Assembly (NCBI RefSeq): GCF_006345805.1
Contig: NC_043024.1
Span: forward strand, 4,650,001 to 4,714,000
DNA: 64,000 nucleotides
DNA from: Octopus sinensis
Lineage: Eukaryota
Direction of reading: 5' to 3'
A program made the translations under genes and the position numbers. Position 1 is the stretch's first letter. Every line of letters starts with the position of its first letter. Under the pieces are notes generated by a model. That model was not told where the DNA came from, searched no databases, and saw nothing but the letters and a program-made list of their open reading frames with translations. Below are positions 42,011-57,153 of the stretch, piece by piece.

Positions 42011-43123
42011 CTACCCTGTATGAATACGTCTGTGTTGAGTTAAGCCACTGTTCTGAGAGAATGATTTACTACAAATATCACAGCGATATGGTTTCTCACC
42101 TGTATGAATACGTTTATGTTTAGTTAAGCTACTGCTTTCTGAGAATGATTTACCACAGATATCACAGGTATATGGTTTCTCGCCTGTATGAATACGCTTG
42201 TGATTAGTTAAGCTGCTGCTTTCTGAGAATGATTTACCACAGATATCACAGTGATATGGTTTCTCTTTGGTATGAATACGTTTGTGTTTCGTTAAGTTAC
42301 TGCCATTAGAGAATGATTTACCACAGATATCACAGTGGTATGGTTTCTCCCCTGTATGAATACGCGTGTGTTTGGTTAAGCTACTGCGAACAGAGAATGA
42401 TTCACCACAGATATCACAGCGATATGGTTTCTTGCCTGTATGAACACGTTTGTGTTTAGCTAAGCTGCTGCCAACAGAGAATGATCTTCCACAGACATCA
42501 TAGGTATATTGTTCCTCCCCTGTATGAATACATTTGTGTTGAGTTAAGCGACCGCCAACAGAGAATGATTCACCACAGATATCACAGCAATATGGTTTCT
42601 CCCCTGTATGAATACGTTTGTGTTTAGCTAAGCTGCTGCCAACAGAGAATGATCTTCCACAGATATCACAGGTATATGGTTTCTCACCTGTATGAATACG
42701 CTTGTGTTTAGTTAAGCTACTGCGAAGAGAGAATGATTTACCACAGATATCACAGTGATATGGTTTCTCCCCTGTATGAATACGTTTGTGTTTCGTTAAG
42801 TTACTGCCATTAGAGAATGATTCACCACAGGTATCACAATGATATGGTTTCTCCCCTGTATGAATACGTTTGTGTTTAGCTAAGCTGCTGCCAACAGAGA
42901 ATGATCTTCCACAGATATCACAGGTATATGGTTTCTCACCTGTATGAACACGTTTGTGAGTAGTTAAGCTACTGCGAACAGAGAATGATTTACCACAGAT
43001 ATCACATTTGTATGGTTGTTCCCCTGTATGAATATGTTTGTGTTGATTGAATTTACTTTCTTCTAAGAATGACTCTTTGCAGATGTCACAGTCATATGAT
43101 GATTTTCTTAATTCTTCCGACAT
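42011..43123 (-). CDS. C2H2 zinc-finger protein ZNF-E, 370 aa, 12 intact fingers plus 1 Cys>Tyr finger
   Basis: [10 protein letters not shown] head, ends HTG*. Predicted intron 43552-47818. Confidence 0.93.
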   Translation of the reverse strand: MSEELRKSSYDCDICKESFLEESKFNQHKHIHTGEQPYKCDICGKSFSVRSSLTTHKRVHTGEKPYTCDICGRSFSVGSSLAKHKRIHTGEKPYHCDTCGESFSNGSNLTKHKRIHTGEKPYHCDICGKSFSLRSSLTKHKRIHTGEKPYTCDICGRSFSVGSSLAKHKRIHTGEKPYCCDICGESFSVGGRLTQHKCIHTGEEQYTYDVCGRSFSVGSSLAKHKRVHTGKKPYRCDICGESFSVRSSLTKHTRIHTGEKPYHCDICGKSFSNGSNLTKHKRIHTKEKPYHCDICGKSFSESSSLTNHKRIHTGEKPYTCDICGKSFSESSSLTKHKRIHTGEKPYRCDICSKSFSQNSGLTQHRRIHTG

Positions 43124-44210
43124 CTCTTCAAGAAAAATATAATGAACCCTTCAAGTTGTACAGATCAACAACTTTTCAAAAATATTTCTCCTCTCACCAA
43201 AATATATGGATATTTTGCTTCTTTTTGCTTTTATAGTTTATTCCAAACAAATATCACTTCTCTTATATTTCTTCTAAATGTGATCAATGCCAATATGTAA
43301 AAATGCTGCAAATACTCTTTGTAAATCTATCAAAGTATATTTAAAAGAGAAAATTATCTTCTGCACATTTCAGACACAAAAGTAAAGAAATGCTTTCTCT
43401 CTCAGAGGAAATATTTTACTGTAATTCAGCAATGTTTTCTAGAAGCAGGAGTATACGTTTGTAGAATATCTTTGCAGAGTCTTTCAAACATGATACATAT
43501 TGATGATTCTTTAAAAGCAAAAAATACTTTTAGCTAATTTCATGTGATTTTCTGAAAGAATAGAAAAAAATAATATAAGACATCAAGTATGTTTAAAAGG
43601 CAGATATTCAAAAGCACAAATTTACGACATTTCTCTTTTCATAAATTGTAGAAGAATTCTTTAACTGAACTATTAAATTTATCCAATTTCTGCATTACCA
43701 AAATGTTTATATCATCGAGTAGACACATCTATTATAATACCAACTCCTGGAATATAAAGTCTGTCATAGAAAACACTTCCACACACACCAATATACATAT
43801 AAATGACACTAGATTTCTGATGTTTTCATTGAAGTCTTGTATCTTTATTTGCTAAAACAGACATCGCTCTTTCTCTACCTTCATCATCATCGTTTAACAT
43901 CTGCTTTCCACGCTGGCATGGTTTGTGAGGTTTGACTGAGGACTGGCAAGCCATGAGGCTGAACAAGGTTTCAATCTTATCAGGCAAGATTTCTACAGCT
44001 GGATGCTGTTTGAGCATGTAGCAGTTGCCTTTTATGTGCCACGGAGCCAGTCAGGTAGCATTGGCATCGACCATGCTTGAATGGTGCTTTGTATGTGCCA
44101 CCGGCATGGGTCCAAGTCAGGCATCACTAGCATCAATCATGCTCGAATGGTACTTTTTACATGCCACCTGCATGGGAGCCATATATACAAATACATATAT
44201 ATATATATAT

Positions 44211-46825
44211 AGGGCTATTAGACAAAAGAAACAGGCTTGGAAGGACTGGAAGAACGGTGGTAGCAGGGAAGTGTATCAGACTGCCAGAAGGGAAGCTAGG
44301 AGGCAGGTGTATTTAGCCAGAGGGGAAGCAGATAAGAAAAAATTTGCCAATGTTCTGCACCGTGAGGATGAAAGACTTGAGGTATTTCGTGTTGCAAGAG
44401 TGTGTGAGAGAGAATCGTGACATGGCAGGAGAGAAATGTGTTTGCAACGATGACGGTTCACTTGCGCTAAATGAAGATGCAAAGAGAGAGGTTTGGAGAC
44501 GCCAGTATGAAAGGTTGCCGAATGAGGAAAATGAATGGGATAAAGAGAGTCTGCCGAATGTCGACCCAACAGAGGGACCAGCAATCCGAGTTGACAGTTC
44601 CTTAGTAGTTAAGGCAATTACAAGCATGAAAACAGGAAAAGCCCCAGGCCCATCAGGAATTACTGCAGAGATGCTCAAAATATCTGGTAGTGTCGGCTAT
44701 AGCCTAGTCACCCGTAGAGTTAACCGGGTGATACACAAAGGAGTCATACCCAATGACTGGTGTAGCAGCATAATAGTCAACTGCTACAAAGGTAAAGGTG
44801 ACGCCCAGGATACAAATAACTACAGGGGTATCAAGCTGCTGGATCAGGTAATGAAGGTTACGGAGAGGGTTATAGCCCAACTAATTAGAGAGAGAGTTAG
44901 CTTAGATGAGATGCAGTTTGGGTTCGTGCCAGGGAAAAGTACTACTGATGCTATATTCCTGGTAAGACAGCTGCAGGAGAAATACCTAGCCAAAGATAAG
45001 CCCCTGTACCTGGCTTTTGTTGACATGGAGAAAGCCTTCGACAGTGTCCCCCGATCCCTTATCTGGTGGTCAATGAGGAAACTAGGGATAGATGAATGGT
45101 TAGTGAGAGCTGTGCGAGCCATGTACAGAGACGCTGTTAGTAAGGTGAGGGTTGGCAACGAGTACAGTGAAGAATTCCGGGTAGAGGTTGGGGTCCACCA
45201 AGGTTCAGTCCTCAGTCCCCTCCTATTTATCATAGTCCTTCAGGCAATAACGGAGGAATTCAAGACAGGATGCCCCTGGGAGCTCCTCTATGCTGATGAC
45301 CTTGCTCTAATTGCTGAGTCACTATCAGAACTGGAGGAGAAGTTTCAGGTGTGGAAGCAAGGTTTAGAATCAAAAGGCCTTAGAATCAACCTAGCCAAAA
45401 CCAAAGTCCTAATAAGTAGGAAGATAAACCAATCACAAACGCCTTCAGGTAGATGGCCCTGCTCGATCTGTAAAAAAGGTGTAGGTAGAAACTCCATAAG
45501 GTGCACCAAGTGTAAGCTATGGACACATAAGAGGTGCACCAATGTCAAAGGAAGGCTAACTAGGAAAATAGTTTTTGTCTGTGGCAGATGCTCAGGAGCA
45601 ATAAACACTGAAAATGTGCAGAGACCAACGTCTACCATGTTCCAGGGAGAAAAACTAGAAGTAGTTGATAGCTTCCGCTACCTAGGTGACCAAGTCAGTA
45701 GCGGGGGTGGGTGTGCTGGGCGAAGTTTAGAGAGCTCTTACCCCTGCTGGTGACAAAAGGCCTCTCGCTCAGAGTAAAAGGCAGACTGTATGATGCATGT
45801 GTACTTACAGCCATGCTACATGGTAGTGAAACATGGCTGTGACTGCTGAGGATATGCGTAAGCTCGCTAGAAATGAAGCCAGTATGCTCCGATGGATGTG
45901 TAATGTCAGTGTTCATAATCGACAGAGTGTAAGTACCTTGAGAGAAAAGTTGGACCTAAGAAGCATCACTTGCGGTGTGCAAGAGAGACGTTTGAGCTGG
46001 TATGGTCATGTGACGAGAATGGCTGAAGATAGTTGTGTGCAAAAGTGCCACACCCTAGCAGTTGAGGGAACCTATGTAAGAGATAGACCCAGGAAAACCT
46101 GGGACGAGGTGGTGAAGCACGACCTTCGAACTTTAGGCCTCACCAAGGAAATGACTAGAGACCGAGACCTATGGAAGTATGCTGTGCGTGAGAAGACCCG
46201 GCAAGACTAGTGAGACCATAACCCGTGGCCTCTACCTGGTATGTAGCCAGTCGACTTATACATACCTCTCCTTCTTGGGACACAAAACTCCGCTTGTGAA
46301 GACCCGTTGTGGCAAGTGAAAATCAAAATCAAAACAAATCAAATATCAGAAAGCAGATCCAAAATCGAAGTCGATCAACATCAATGAAAATTGCGGCTGT
46401 GATACCAGTGCCGGTGACAAGTAAGCGAACCATCCGATCGTGGCCGTTGCCAGCGCCGCCCCGACTGGCCTCCGTGCCGGTGGCACATAAAAGCACCATC
46501 TGTTCATGGCCATTGCCAGCCTCGACTGACCCACCCGTGCCGGTGGCACGTAAAAGCTCCATCCGTTTGTGGCAGTTGCCAGTCTCGACTGGCCCCCGTG
46601 CCAGTGGCACGTAAAAAAAACATCCGTCCGTGACCGTTTCCCAGCTCCGTCTGGCACCTGTGCGGGTGGCACGTAAAAAGCACCCACTACACTCACAGAG
46701 TGGTTGGCGTTTGGAAGGGCATCCAGCCGTAGAAACACTGCCAGATCAGACTGGAGTCTTCCCAGACCCCAGTTGAACCGTCCAACCCATGCTAGCATGG
46801 AAAGCGGACGCTAAATGATGATGAT
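44211..46825 (+). mobile_element. 5'-truncated RTE-clade LINE with RT, embedded PHD-like finger, repeat-rich 3'UTR and (ATG)n tail
   Basis: Motifs KAPGPSG, YRGIKLL, QFGF, VDMEKAFD, HQGSVLSP and YADD. No endonuclease. Broken near 45720-45830. TGGCAC(A/G)TAAAAG repeats at 46480-46685. Flanked by (TA)n on both sides. Confidence 0.92.
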
Positions 46826-46999
46826 ATATATACGGTTAGCTCAACGTTAATATTTTGGTGAGCATAAAAGATGAATAAATGTCAGTAAATAATATTGATG
46901 TCTCACTTACAGCATCAAAATTCTTAGTGGGGAATTTTTAATGTAGGAAAAATTATTGGTTGATGTGGAGAATGAAAGCCAGATTCCTCCAAAGAGTTT

Positions 47000-47150
47000 G
47001 GCGCGTCCTGAAGAAAGCAATGTGCTGTTGAAATGGCCGCTACGTTCACCTGAGCTGACACCTTGCCGTTTCTTTCTGGGGGATGGCCTAGTCTATGTCT
47101 CCCCTCTTCCTGCAAGCCCAGAGGAACTTAAGCAGAGAATTATTACCATA
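47000..47150 (+). mobile_element. Tc1/mariner transposase fossil
   Basis: Translates to WPLRSPELTPCRFFL...ELKQRI. Confidence 0.65.
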
Positions 47151-48130
47151 CTGGTCGTGAGATGTGCGAAAAATAACAGCTAAATAGCTCATAAATCACA
47201 GTTGATAGTTTTCTTTTTTGGTTGCATGACCAAACGAATTCTCGTACGCAAAAATTTCTGAAAATTCCCCCAAATAAAAATATGTGACGAGGGATTATAT
47301 TAGGTGCTTAAAGCAGCACTCCACACACACAAAAATTAAATAAATTAGAAAAACCTATTAATTCTAACTTTTAATGATGCAGAAGAACCACCGGAAATAA
47401 AGACTTCTTACGTCTCAAATAAAAGCCGTTCCATTTTCTCTCGATACGATATTTACTTTTCGTTTCAGTATTTCAAGTGCACACTCGTATTTTTATACAT
47501 TCCCCATTTCTTACTAATTACATCGTAATTTTCCCGCATTTAACGAAATCGTCGAATTTACACGTTAGAAAGAAAGATAAATGTTATCTAAACAAGGGAT
47601 TGATCCGACGTTTTTACAAATAATTTAGAAAATAACCAAAAGTGCAACGAAATGTCTAAAGGAAAACGACAACACAATGAAAGTATTAAAATGACAGCCT
47701 TTCGTATAATTTCGTCTTAGTGAGATTTTTTTTTCTTTTAACTTTCTCAACACATCGAAACAAATAAATGTACATAATACGACACATATATAATAGAAAT
47801 GTTTAAATAAATACTTACATAGTAATAGATATGGAGAGAAAGAGTGAAGGAGGAAGATGTGAGAACTGGAGTCAGAGTGGACAACGACAGCTTCAAGAGA
47901 ATTTCTAGATTTCTACAACAAACGTTAATTAATATTTTTCAGGTCCACGTAATCGTAAATGCTGTATCTGTTTGTTTAGACAGTTAATTACCAATCATTT
48001 GTATATATTTGATTGGGTTTTCCTCTTAAATATCAGTCGTAAAGTGGAACTGATCAAACAATCAAGGTGCGTGAGAAACAGGAGCAAGAATTAAAGGGAA
48101 TTACGAAGCGTTAACAAGGGGAACTAACTC

Positions 48131-51100
48131 CATATTTCTTTATTATGATTATACAATCGTTACATAGAAGGACAAATACAGGACATACATGCAAAAAACA
48201 GTTAAGAGGTTCGATTAAAAATTTTCCATAACATTTGGATTATTCATTATAAAAATTCGTCTGTAAATTGTCCTTTACATGACCAATAGAATATTATAAC
48301 ATTACATAAACTTTCGATCTTACCGAAGTTTTAAACCCGGCAATTTATAAGGCCCCGCAGCTTTTGTTTCCTCTCCTCCCTCCATAGTTAAGCTGGGTTT
48401 CTGACACCCACCTTTTTTTCCACTTCCTTCCATCTTTTCTCATACACACCCCGTGGTAAGATCCTCTTTTCCAGCCCCATTTTGCTCTTCAGATGATATC
48501 TGAAGTAAGTGAGCAAGCCGGGGCCCGAGACAAAGGATCCTATCGCGACTCCTTCCATTCTTGTTCGCCACATGCATTCTTTTACTACTGCAACCGTGCA
48601 GTGAAAACATGCCTCACCTTCCTTCGAGAGTCCAGTTGGCGGTATCATCTAATCATAGACTCAGCCGACAGCTGTACTCGTCCCAGATGCGATAACACGT
48701 GTTCTGCGTAACTTATCAAGTCGGACAACTTCCGACAGTGTACAAAAGCGTGCTGGACGGTTTCATCGTCCAACTCGCACCTTGGACACGTCGGTGGCAC
48801 TGAAATTCCGTGCCGCGATAACTTCTCGCGAACAGGTAAAGCATTCCTATAGCACTGCCAGGCCAGGGATCTTTGGAAATTATCCAAGTACCCCGTCCTG
48901 AAAGTCTTTTTAAACAGGTTGGTAAGCTGGTCTTCGTCAAACCCCAGAGCCCCTCCTAGGACGTCGTCGTTCTTTGCCTCTACCAGCCTTCTATAAAACC
49001 GAGGTGGTATTTCCGCAGCCGGCCTTGCCCGCCTTGTGGATCAGCGTGAGTGCCTGTCGGCACTCCTTTTGCCATAAAGTCAGTTTCCATCTTTTGATGC
49101 GACCGGGTTTAAAATTCACTAAGGAGGCCGGTCTCGGGCAAAAATTCCCCTGCCAGCGGACTCCACACCTTATCACCCTCCAGGTGGTGCCAGAGATGCT
49201 TCAGCCTCAACGCATGTCTGCGCATCATCAACCAAGGCATTCCTAACCCACCCTTTAACGGTTCCTGGCAGCAAACGGAGCGTCTCACAAGTGGCTTTCC
49301 TCCCTTCCACAAAAAGCGGAAAAGGATTCGCTCCAACTTGCTAAGCCATGAATCGGGGCAAGGGACAACGGTCAGGCGGTAAGTGATTACAGATGCAATG
49401 AACATCTGTACCACCTCCACCCTTCCTTTCAAGGACAGAAACCTTCCGGACCAGGTCCGTACTATGGCCTCCACCTTGCTCGTCACCTCACTCCAGTTCC
49501 TCTCCGTTTGGGAGTCTGGCCCAAACCAAACTCCTAGCAACTTAACAGGGCCATCCGTCCAGTGTCCCACGACACTGGACGATATCGACTTGCTCCTCCA
49601 GGTGCCGAGGCGCAAGCCAACCGACTTGTCCTTGTTAACCTTTGCTCCTGCCACCGCCTCTTCCACACAAGGTAGCTGGGCCTCATTGGACACGATGAGG
49701 GTGACGTCATCCGCATAAGCAGTAACCGTCCTCCCACCTCCGATCTCATCCGAGTTACTTCCCAGCCTCTCCAACTTTCGCAGCAATGGCTCAAGAGCCA
49801 ACACGTACAAAAGTGGTGACAAGGGGCACCCTTGACGAACTGAACATTCGATCGAAAACGGTTCCATTAGGTAACCGTTTATCTGGACGGTGGACTTGAT
49901 GCCGCTATACATAGCGGAGATCCACCCGCGAAATTCAGGGCCCAGTCCAGCCGCTTCGAGGACCGTCGCCAGGTACTCATGGTCTACCCTATCGAACGCT
50001 TTACTTTGGTCTAAATGGACCATTACCCCGCCCTTGCCGGTTAATTTACCCACCCTATCTAAGGTGTAGCGTATAAGGTGAAAATTGTCCTGGATCGACC
50101 TGCCTGGAATTGCACATGTCTGTGCTCTCCCTACAAGTTTCTCCACGACAACCGTCAACCTTTTTGCCAACACCTTGGCCAAAATCTTTAGCTCTACATT
50201 AAGTAGAGTTATGGGCCTGTAGTTACTAATGTTATCCCCCTTGCTCGGGTCTTTCTGGATTAGCGTCACCACTCCCCGGCTTACGGAACTGGGAATTCTC
50301 CCATTCTGCTGCCAGTTCGTGTAGACGCCTGCCAATATTCCCCCGAACAAGTCCGGCATACTTTGGTAAAACTCGTAGGGCAGACCATCCAACCCCGGCG
50401 CATCCGGCCAGTATCCCCTCTATCTCCGCGGGAGTGATCGCTTCTTCACAGCACTCCACCTCACGCCCCGAGAGCCGCGGTCCGCCGGCCAGGAAGTCCT
50501 TTAAGGTCCTCCCCCGCTCCGGCGCCACACCACCCCCGAACACGCGGGCGAAATGCTGGTGAAGAAACTTTTGCATCTCCTCCTGTCCATAGATCTTTTG
50601 TCCCTGTTCGTCAGTTAAAGACTTGATTGAGGCTTTGTTACCTCTCTGACTCTCCACTCGACGGGCCCATCCGGAGTTCCAGCGTCTGTCCCTTCCAGCG
50701 TACCTCCTCTTTCCTTCTCATCTGCAGAATCGAAATTTCCCGCTCTACATTGTGCAGGACCGCCGCTGCTACCCACATTATATCATACCACTCGGTATGT
50801 CCTCTAACCAGCAGTTTGCTGTTCTTTTTCCCATATACGAGGGTAGCAGCATGATATCATCATTTTTCAGGGTCAATGATGACACCTCTCTTGCTACCTC
50901 AGCCGAGTCAAAATGTGCTTCAACAGTAGCGCTGCGAGCACCTCGAACGACATGGCGAATTTTGTCCCACACCGGGGACAAGCACTTTTCGACCATTTCG
51001 TTTCTGACGTCCATAATTTTCTTTTCTTTGTAGCTATACACTTTGTATATAACTGTTTTTTCCTTTATTTCTTGTACCTTCGCTTGCGGCGGTACAAGTT

Positions 51101-51485
51101 TGATTTCGTTTCCTTCCATTTTCACCAAGTTCCTAAATTCGAACAGTTGTTCGATCTTGAATTCAACGTCCATCATGGTTCCGCCTACCGCGGCCGAAAA
51201 AGACTGTTTTGTTACTTCAGTGTCCTTTAATTCACCTTTTCCCATTGCGGGAAAATCATTCTTCGACGCCAAGTCGAAATCCATTTCTCAAAAATGTTTC
51301 AAAAATTACCTCGAAGGTAATAACAATTTTAAACACAGAATTTTCTGCCCCGTAGGGCGAAAATTACCGTTACACAACGGGCACTGTTCAATTAACAATT
51401 GACACAAACAACGATGAACAAAAAATCGAACTCTCTCAACAAAAGGCAGCAAATTTCTCAAAACGCAGATGAAAGGGGTACAACC
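48131..51485 (-). mobile_element. Tx1/L1-clade LINE copy 2 with internal ~1.64-kb deletion
   Basis: The RT and zf-RVT region is nearly identical to copy 1. The junction at 50674/50675 joins copy-1 equivalents 10956 and 12600. The identical 17-mer ACAAGGGGAACTAACTC flanks both ends (48114-48130 and 51504-51520). The 5' boundary is approximate. Confidence 0.92.
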
Positions 51486-52049
51486 AAATTAGGAATAGTT
51501 TTGACAAGGGGAACTAACTCTAGACTTTAAATAATTTCGGCTCTACTTTATATTTTATTTATTTTTATTTTATTTAGTTTCAGCTCACAAGCTGTGGCCA
51601 TGCTGGGGCACCGCCATTTATATATAATTCATATTTTTTTAAAGCGTTTCTTTGAAAATTCTTCCTCATAAATCACAATTATTGTCGGTACCACTTACAC
51701 AAAGATGGCACCGACATTTTATGCACAATTTTATACACGCAGCTCTCATAAGATAAATATTCACTCTTATTTTTCCATTTTGACCATAAACAGATGAAAT
51801 TACATTTTGAAATTGAAATGCTCAAATTTTTCTTCTAGAAAACAAAAATTGTATAGTAAAATATAGGAGTCACAATTTCATGTGAGTAAAAAATTAAAGG
51901 AACATGGTATACACTGAAAACCGTATCATTGGTAACTTATAAGCCAAGGTGATGGGTCAGAGCCAATACACATTTCAATTTGTAGGTGATACAAAAATTT
52001 ATTTCAATGAAAGGACAAAACCGTTTTCACTATGCACTCACCACCATAT

Positions 52050-52710
52050 CTGTCTGTGTGTATTATTTTTGTGGGAGGTTTGGATAATATTTTTTGCAGA
52101 GTAATTACAAATCACATAAGGACAATAGAGAAAAGTTTGATATTATTTATTCAGCATTACATGTGTTTCATTTCCTAATAGGAATTACAAACATTTACAC
52201 GTAGAGAAAACATGTAACAGATTTCCTATAAGAAATTCTTCAGACATACACATGTATCTGTGCGTGTTCCTTTGCCTAGATATTATGTGATGTTCGTTAA
52301 AGGGCCATCATGACCGTCATACTTGTGCAGTTGTTCACTTCTAGCCTTCTGCATAAAATATGTCTCACCAGAGAAAATATTTCCTTGCTTGGAAACTGGT
52401 GAGGATTGGTCACAAGAAAGGGACCCAGATGTAGAAAATCTCCATCAATGAATTCCATCCGATCCACAGAAGCAAGAATAGGAGAATTTTAAATGATGAG
52501 GATCATCATCATCGTGGTTCCTCTTCTGTATCAATGCCTTTACATTTCAATAATTGATCACTTTCATAGATTGATTTAGCATGAATAGCTTAGGTTACAG
52601 TTATATCTTTCATATTAATAGGACTGTGTACAAACAATTCACCATTTTGAAAGAATGATTCAGGTTTAACATCACAGTGATATGTTTTCCTTCCTCTGTC
52701 AATAATGGAT
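52050..52710 (-). repeat. orphan ZNF 3'-flank / 3'UTR module without a coding exon
   Basis: Homologous to 56150-56750 and 61070-61660 in reverse orientation. It is fused at ~52710 to a type I intron fragment. Confidence 0.65.
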
Positions 52711-55375
52711 AATTTCAAATTCTCGTACGCAAAAATTTCTGAAAATTCCCCAAAATAAAAATATGGGACGAGGGATTATATTAGGTGCTTAAAGCAGCAC
52801 TCCACACACATAAAAATTAAATAAATTAGAAAAATATATTAATTCTAACTTTTAATGATGTAGAAGAACCACCAGAAATAAAGACTTCCCATTTCTCAAA
52901 TAGAAGCCGTTCCATTTCCTCTCGTTACGATATTTGCTTTTCGTTTCAGTATTTCAAGTGCACACTCGTATTTTTATACATTCCCCATTTCTTATAAAGA
53001 CAAGAGACTTGTTCAGAGTTAATTCTTCCTAATTTTCTTCCTCCGTATGCATGTGTATTGCTTGCTCAGTTCAACTTTACAACTGATATTTAAGAGAAAA
53101 TCTAATTAAATAGACACGTGATTGGTAATTAAGTGTCTAAAGAAATAGATGCCGCATTTTTTTTATTATGTTGACCTGTTAAATATTAATATTCTTCGTA
53201 AAAATTCTCTTGAAGCTGTCACTGTCCACTCTAACTTTTCACTCATTCAACATATTCTCATATTTTCATCGTTGACTCTCTCTGAATATATATTACTATG
53301 TAAGTATATTTCTATTGTATATGTATCATATTACGTACGTCTGTTTGTTTCGATGTGTTGAGTAAGTTACAAGAAAGAATCTCACTAAACAAAGACGAAA
53401 TAGCGGAGGTAAAGGGCATGGACCGCACCTACCTTTCCCTAATTTTTTTGCGATGGAAACCCACTTTTTCAACTTCGGTGAGGCTGTTCTTTCAATACTT
53501 TCGTTGTGTTCTCCTTTACATTCAGATATTTCATTGCATCTTTCCTTGTTAACGTCAGATGGATACCTTGTGTAGATAACTTTTCTCCTTCTTCCTCACA
53601 TGTAAATTCCGCGGGAAAATTACGATGTAATTTCTAAGACATGCGGAATGTACAAAAATACGAGTGTGCACTTGAAATACTGAAACGAAAAGTAAATATT
53701 GTATACAGAAGAAATGGAACGGATTTTATTTAAAACCTAGGAAGTCTTTATTTCCGAAGGTTCTTCTCCATCATTACAACTTACAATTAATATCTATTTT
53801 TCAAAGGAATCTTTCTTTAAGCACCCAATGTAACCGCTTATCACATATTTTTATTTTGGGGGAATTTTCAGAAAATTTCTGCTGTATATGCAAGGTTTCA
53901 AACGGTTATGAAACCAACAAAGAAGGGAAAAAACCGATTGAAGAGCAATTTAGCTGTTATTTATCGCGCACCCCACGACCACCTGATACCTTTCGAGTTT
54001 CTTTCTCACTCTTACATGCTAATATTTTTCGATATCTTTATTCACATAAACACATTCAATAGTCCGTTGTTGGGATTTAAGGCATTATATATGAATTGCA
54101 CTCTGTATTTTAATGTTATTTTCAATTAATTACCTAAGTTATCCTTTTCTCTCTTCGTAATACATATATATTTAAATTCAAATTACGATGAACGTAAACA
54201 AACAAACGAAGTTTGCTTTAGAAGCTTTTGAGATGTCTTAGGAAGTTCAAGAAATGATTTTAAATTCTCAAAGGCAGGATATTGCTAATAATATAGCCTG
54301 AACAGGATAAGCTACCCCTATTTTGCAGAAAAGTGTTGGCGGCCGGCTATGAGACTCGAACTCACACCTCCGTGATTATGCATCATTTGCCCCCATTGAG
54401 AAGGATTGTCACCAATTTCCTTCTCCACCTCAACCAATAATTTTTCCTACATGAAAAATTCCCCACAAAACATTTTGATGCTGTTAGTCATCCATACTGA
54501 TTATTTGCTGACTTTTATTCATGTTTCATGTAACACAGAATATTGACATTAAGCATCCTGTATGTATGTATTTATAAATGTACGGAAAGAGGCAGGGGAG
54601 GTGTGATATCTCTTTTACGACACATGACTGAGATGAAAACATCAGATATCTAGTGTTACTGACATGTATATTGGTGTGTGTCTATGACAGACTTAATGTC
54701 CAGGAGATGTTATTATACTACATGTGTCTACACCCTGATATAAACCTATTGAAAATAGAGTGATAGGATAAATTTAATAGTTCAGATAAAGAATTACTTC
54801 TAAAATCTTTGAAAACAGAATTGTCGTAAATTTGCACTTTTGAATATCTGCCTTTTAAACATACTTGATGTCTTATATTATTTTTACTATTCTTTCAGAA
54901 AATCACACGAAATTGGCTAAAGAGTATTTTTTGCTTTTAAAGAATCATCAATATGTATCATGTTTGAAAGACTTTGCAAAGATATTCTACAAACGTATAA
55001 TCCTGCTTCTATAAAATGTTGCTGAATTACAGTAAAATATTTCCTCTGAGAGAGAAAGCATTTCTTCACTTCTGTGTCTGAAATATGCAAGAGTTAATTT
55101 TCTCTTTTAAATATACTTTGATAGATTTCCAAAGAGTATTTGCAACATTTTTAAATATTGGCAATGATCACGTTCAGAAGAAATATAAGAGAAGTGATAT
55201 TTGTTTGGAATAAACTATTAAAGCAAAAAGAAGCAAAATATCCATAAATTTTGGTGAGAGGAAAAATATTTTTGAAAACTTGTTGATCTGTACAACTTGA
55301 AGGTTCAGGTTTATTTTTCTTGAAGAAATATTGGAGGCATAAGGAAAATCATCATATGACTGTGGCATGTAGAAA

Positions 55376-55950
<575 letters not shown>

Positions 55951-57153
55951 TATCTGCGGAAAATCATTCTCATAAAATCATCACTTAATTAAACACAAGT
56001 GCATTCGTTATGCAAAGGATCCATAGCACAGTGACATTTGTTGTATGACATTCCGTCAGAAGGTCAAGCTTGGACCTTATAAAGAACTCTACACATGATA
56101 GAAACTATATGAATGTGACATCTATAGTAAATCTTTGACATGAAATTATCCATTATTGAATCAAAAGAGCATTGACAGAGGAAGGAAAACATATCACTGT
56201 GATGTTAAACCTAAATCATTCTTTCAAAATGGTGAATTGTTTGTACACAGTCCTATTAATATGAAAGATATAACTGTAACCTAAGCTATTTGTGCTAAAT
56301 CAATCTACGAAAATGATCAATTATTGAAATGTAAATGCATTGATACAGAAGAGGAACCACGATGATGATGATCCTCATCATTTAAAATTCTCCTATTCAT
56401 GCTTCTGTCGATCAGATGGGATTCATTGATGGAGATTTTCTACATCTGGGTACCTTTCTTGTGACCAATCCTCACCTGTTTCCAAGCAAGGAAATATTTT
56501 CCCTGGTGAGACTTATTTTACGCAGAGGACTGGAAGTGAACAACTGCACAAGTATGACGGTCATGATGGCCCTTTACGAACATCACATAATATCTGGACA
56601 AGGGTCCACACACATGTATGTTCAAAGATTTTCTTAAAGGAAATCCTTTACATTTTCTCTCTACATGTAAATGTTTGTAATTCCTATTAGGAAATGAAAC
56701 ACATGTAATGCTGAATAAATAATATCAAACTCTTCTCCATTGTCCTGATGTGTTTTTTTCTAAGGTCAAAAGAAAATCGCTTCCACCTCACCCCACCCCA
56801 TGTTTTGGACCCATAAAAGGGTTTTGTAGCATATTATGAGGTCAGGGTAGTTGATTCCACACAAAAAATCTAACATTTTTTTTTTTTTCTGAGTGAAAAT
56901 CATGCGGGAGTTAATATAGAAATTTACCATAATGTTATTTAGCCTCAAATCAAACCTGATACAGCAAACGTATCATCAAAGACATCCCAGCCTTCAGCAA
57001 ACTGTCTTTTGAGGGATAATCTAGGACATTACGTACAATGGGCATGTGATTTAGATAGGGGTATACTTTGGCTGCTGTTTTTAGCATATCGAGCGACCAG
57101 GCAGAGGCTCTCTCATAGGTTCGATTGCGTGATGGAATTTTTTAACACATATA

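Noticed and set aside
46309-46798. ORFs of 93-150 aa in this interval
   Set aside because: They fall in the tandemly repetitive GC-rich RTE 3'UTR and show no protein motif.
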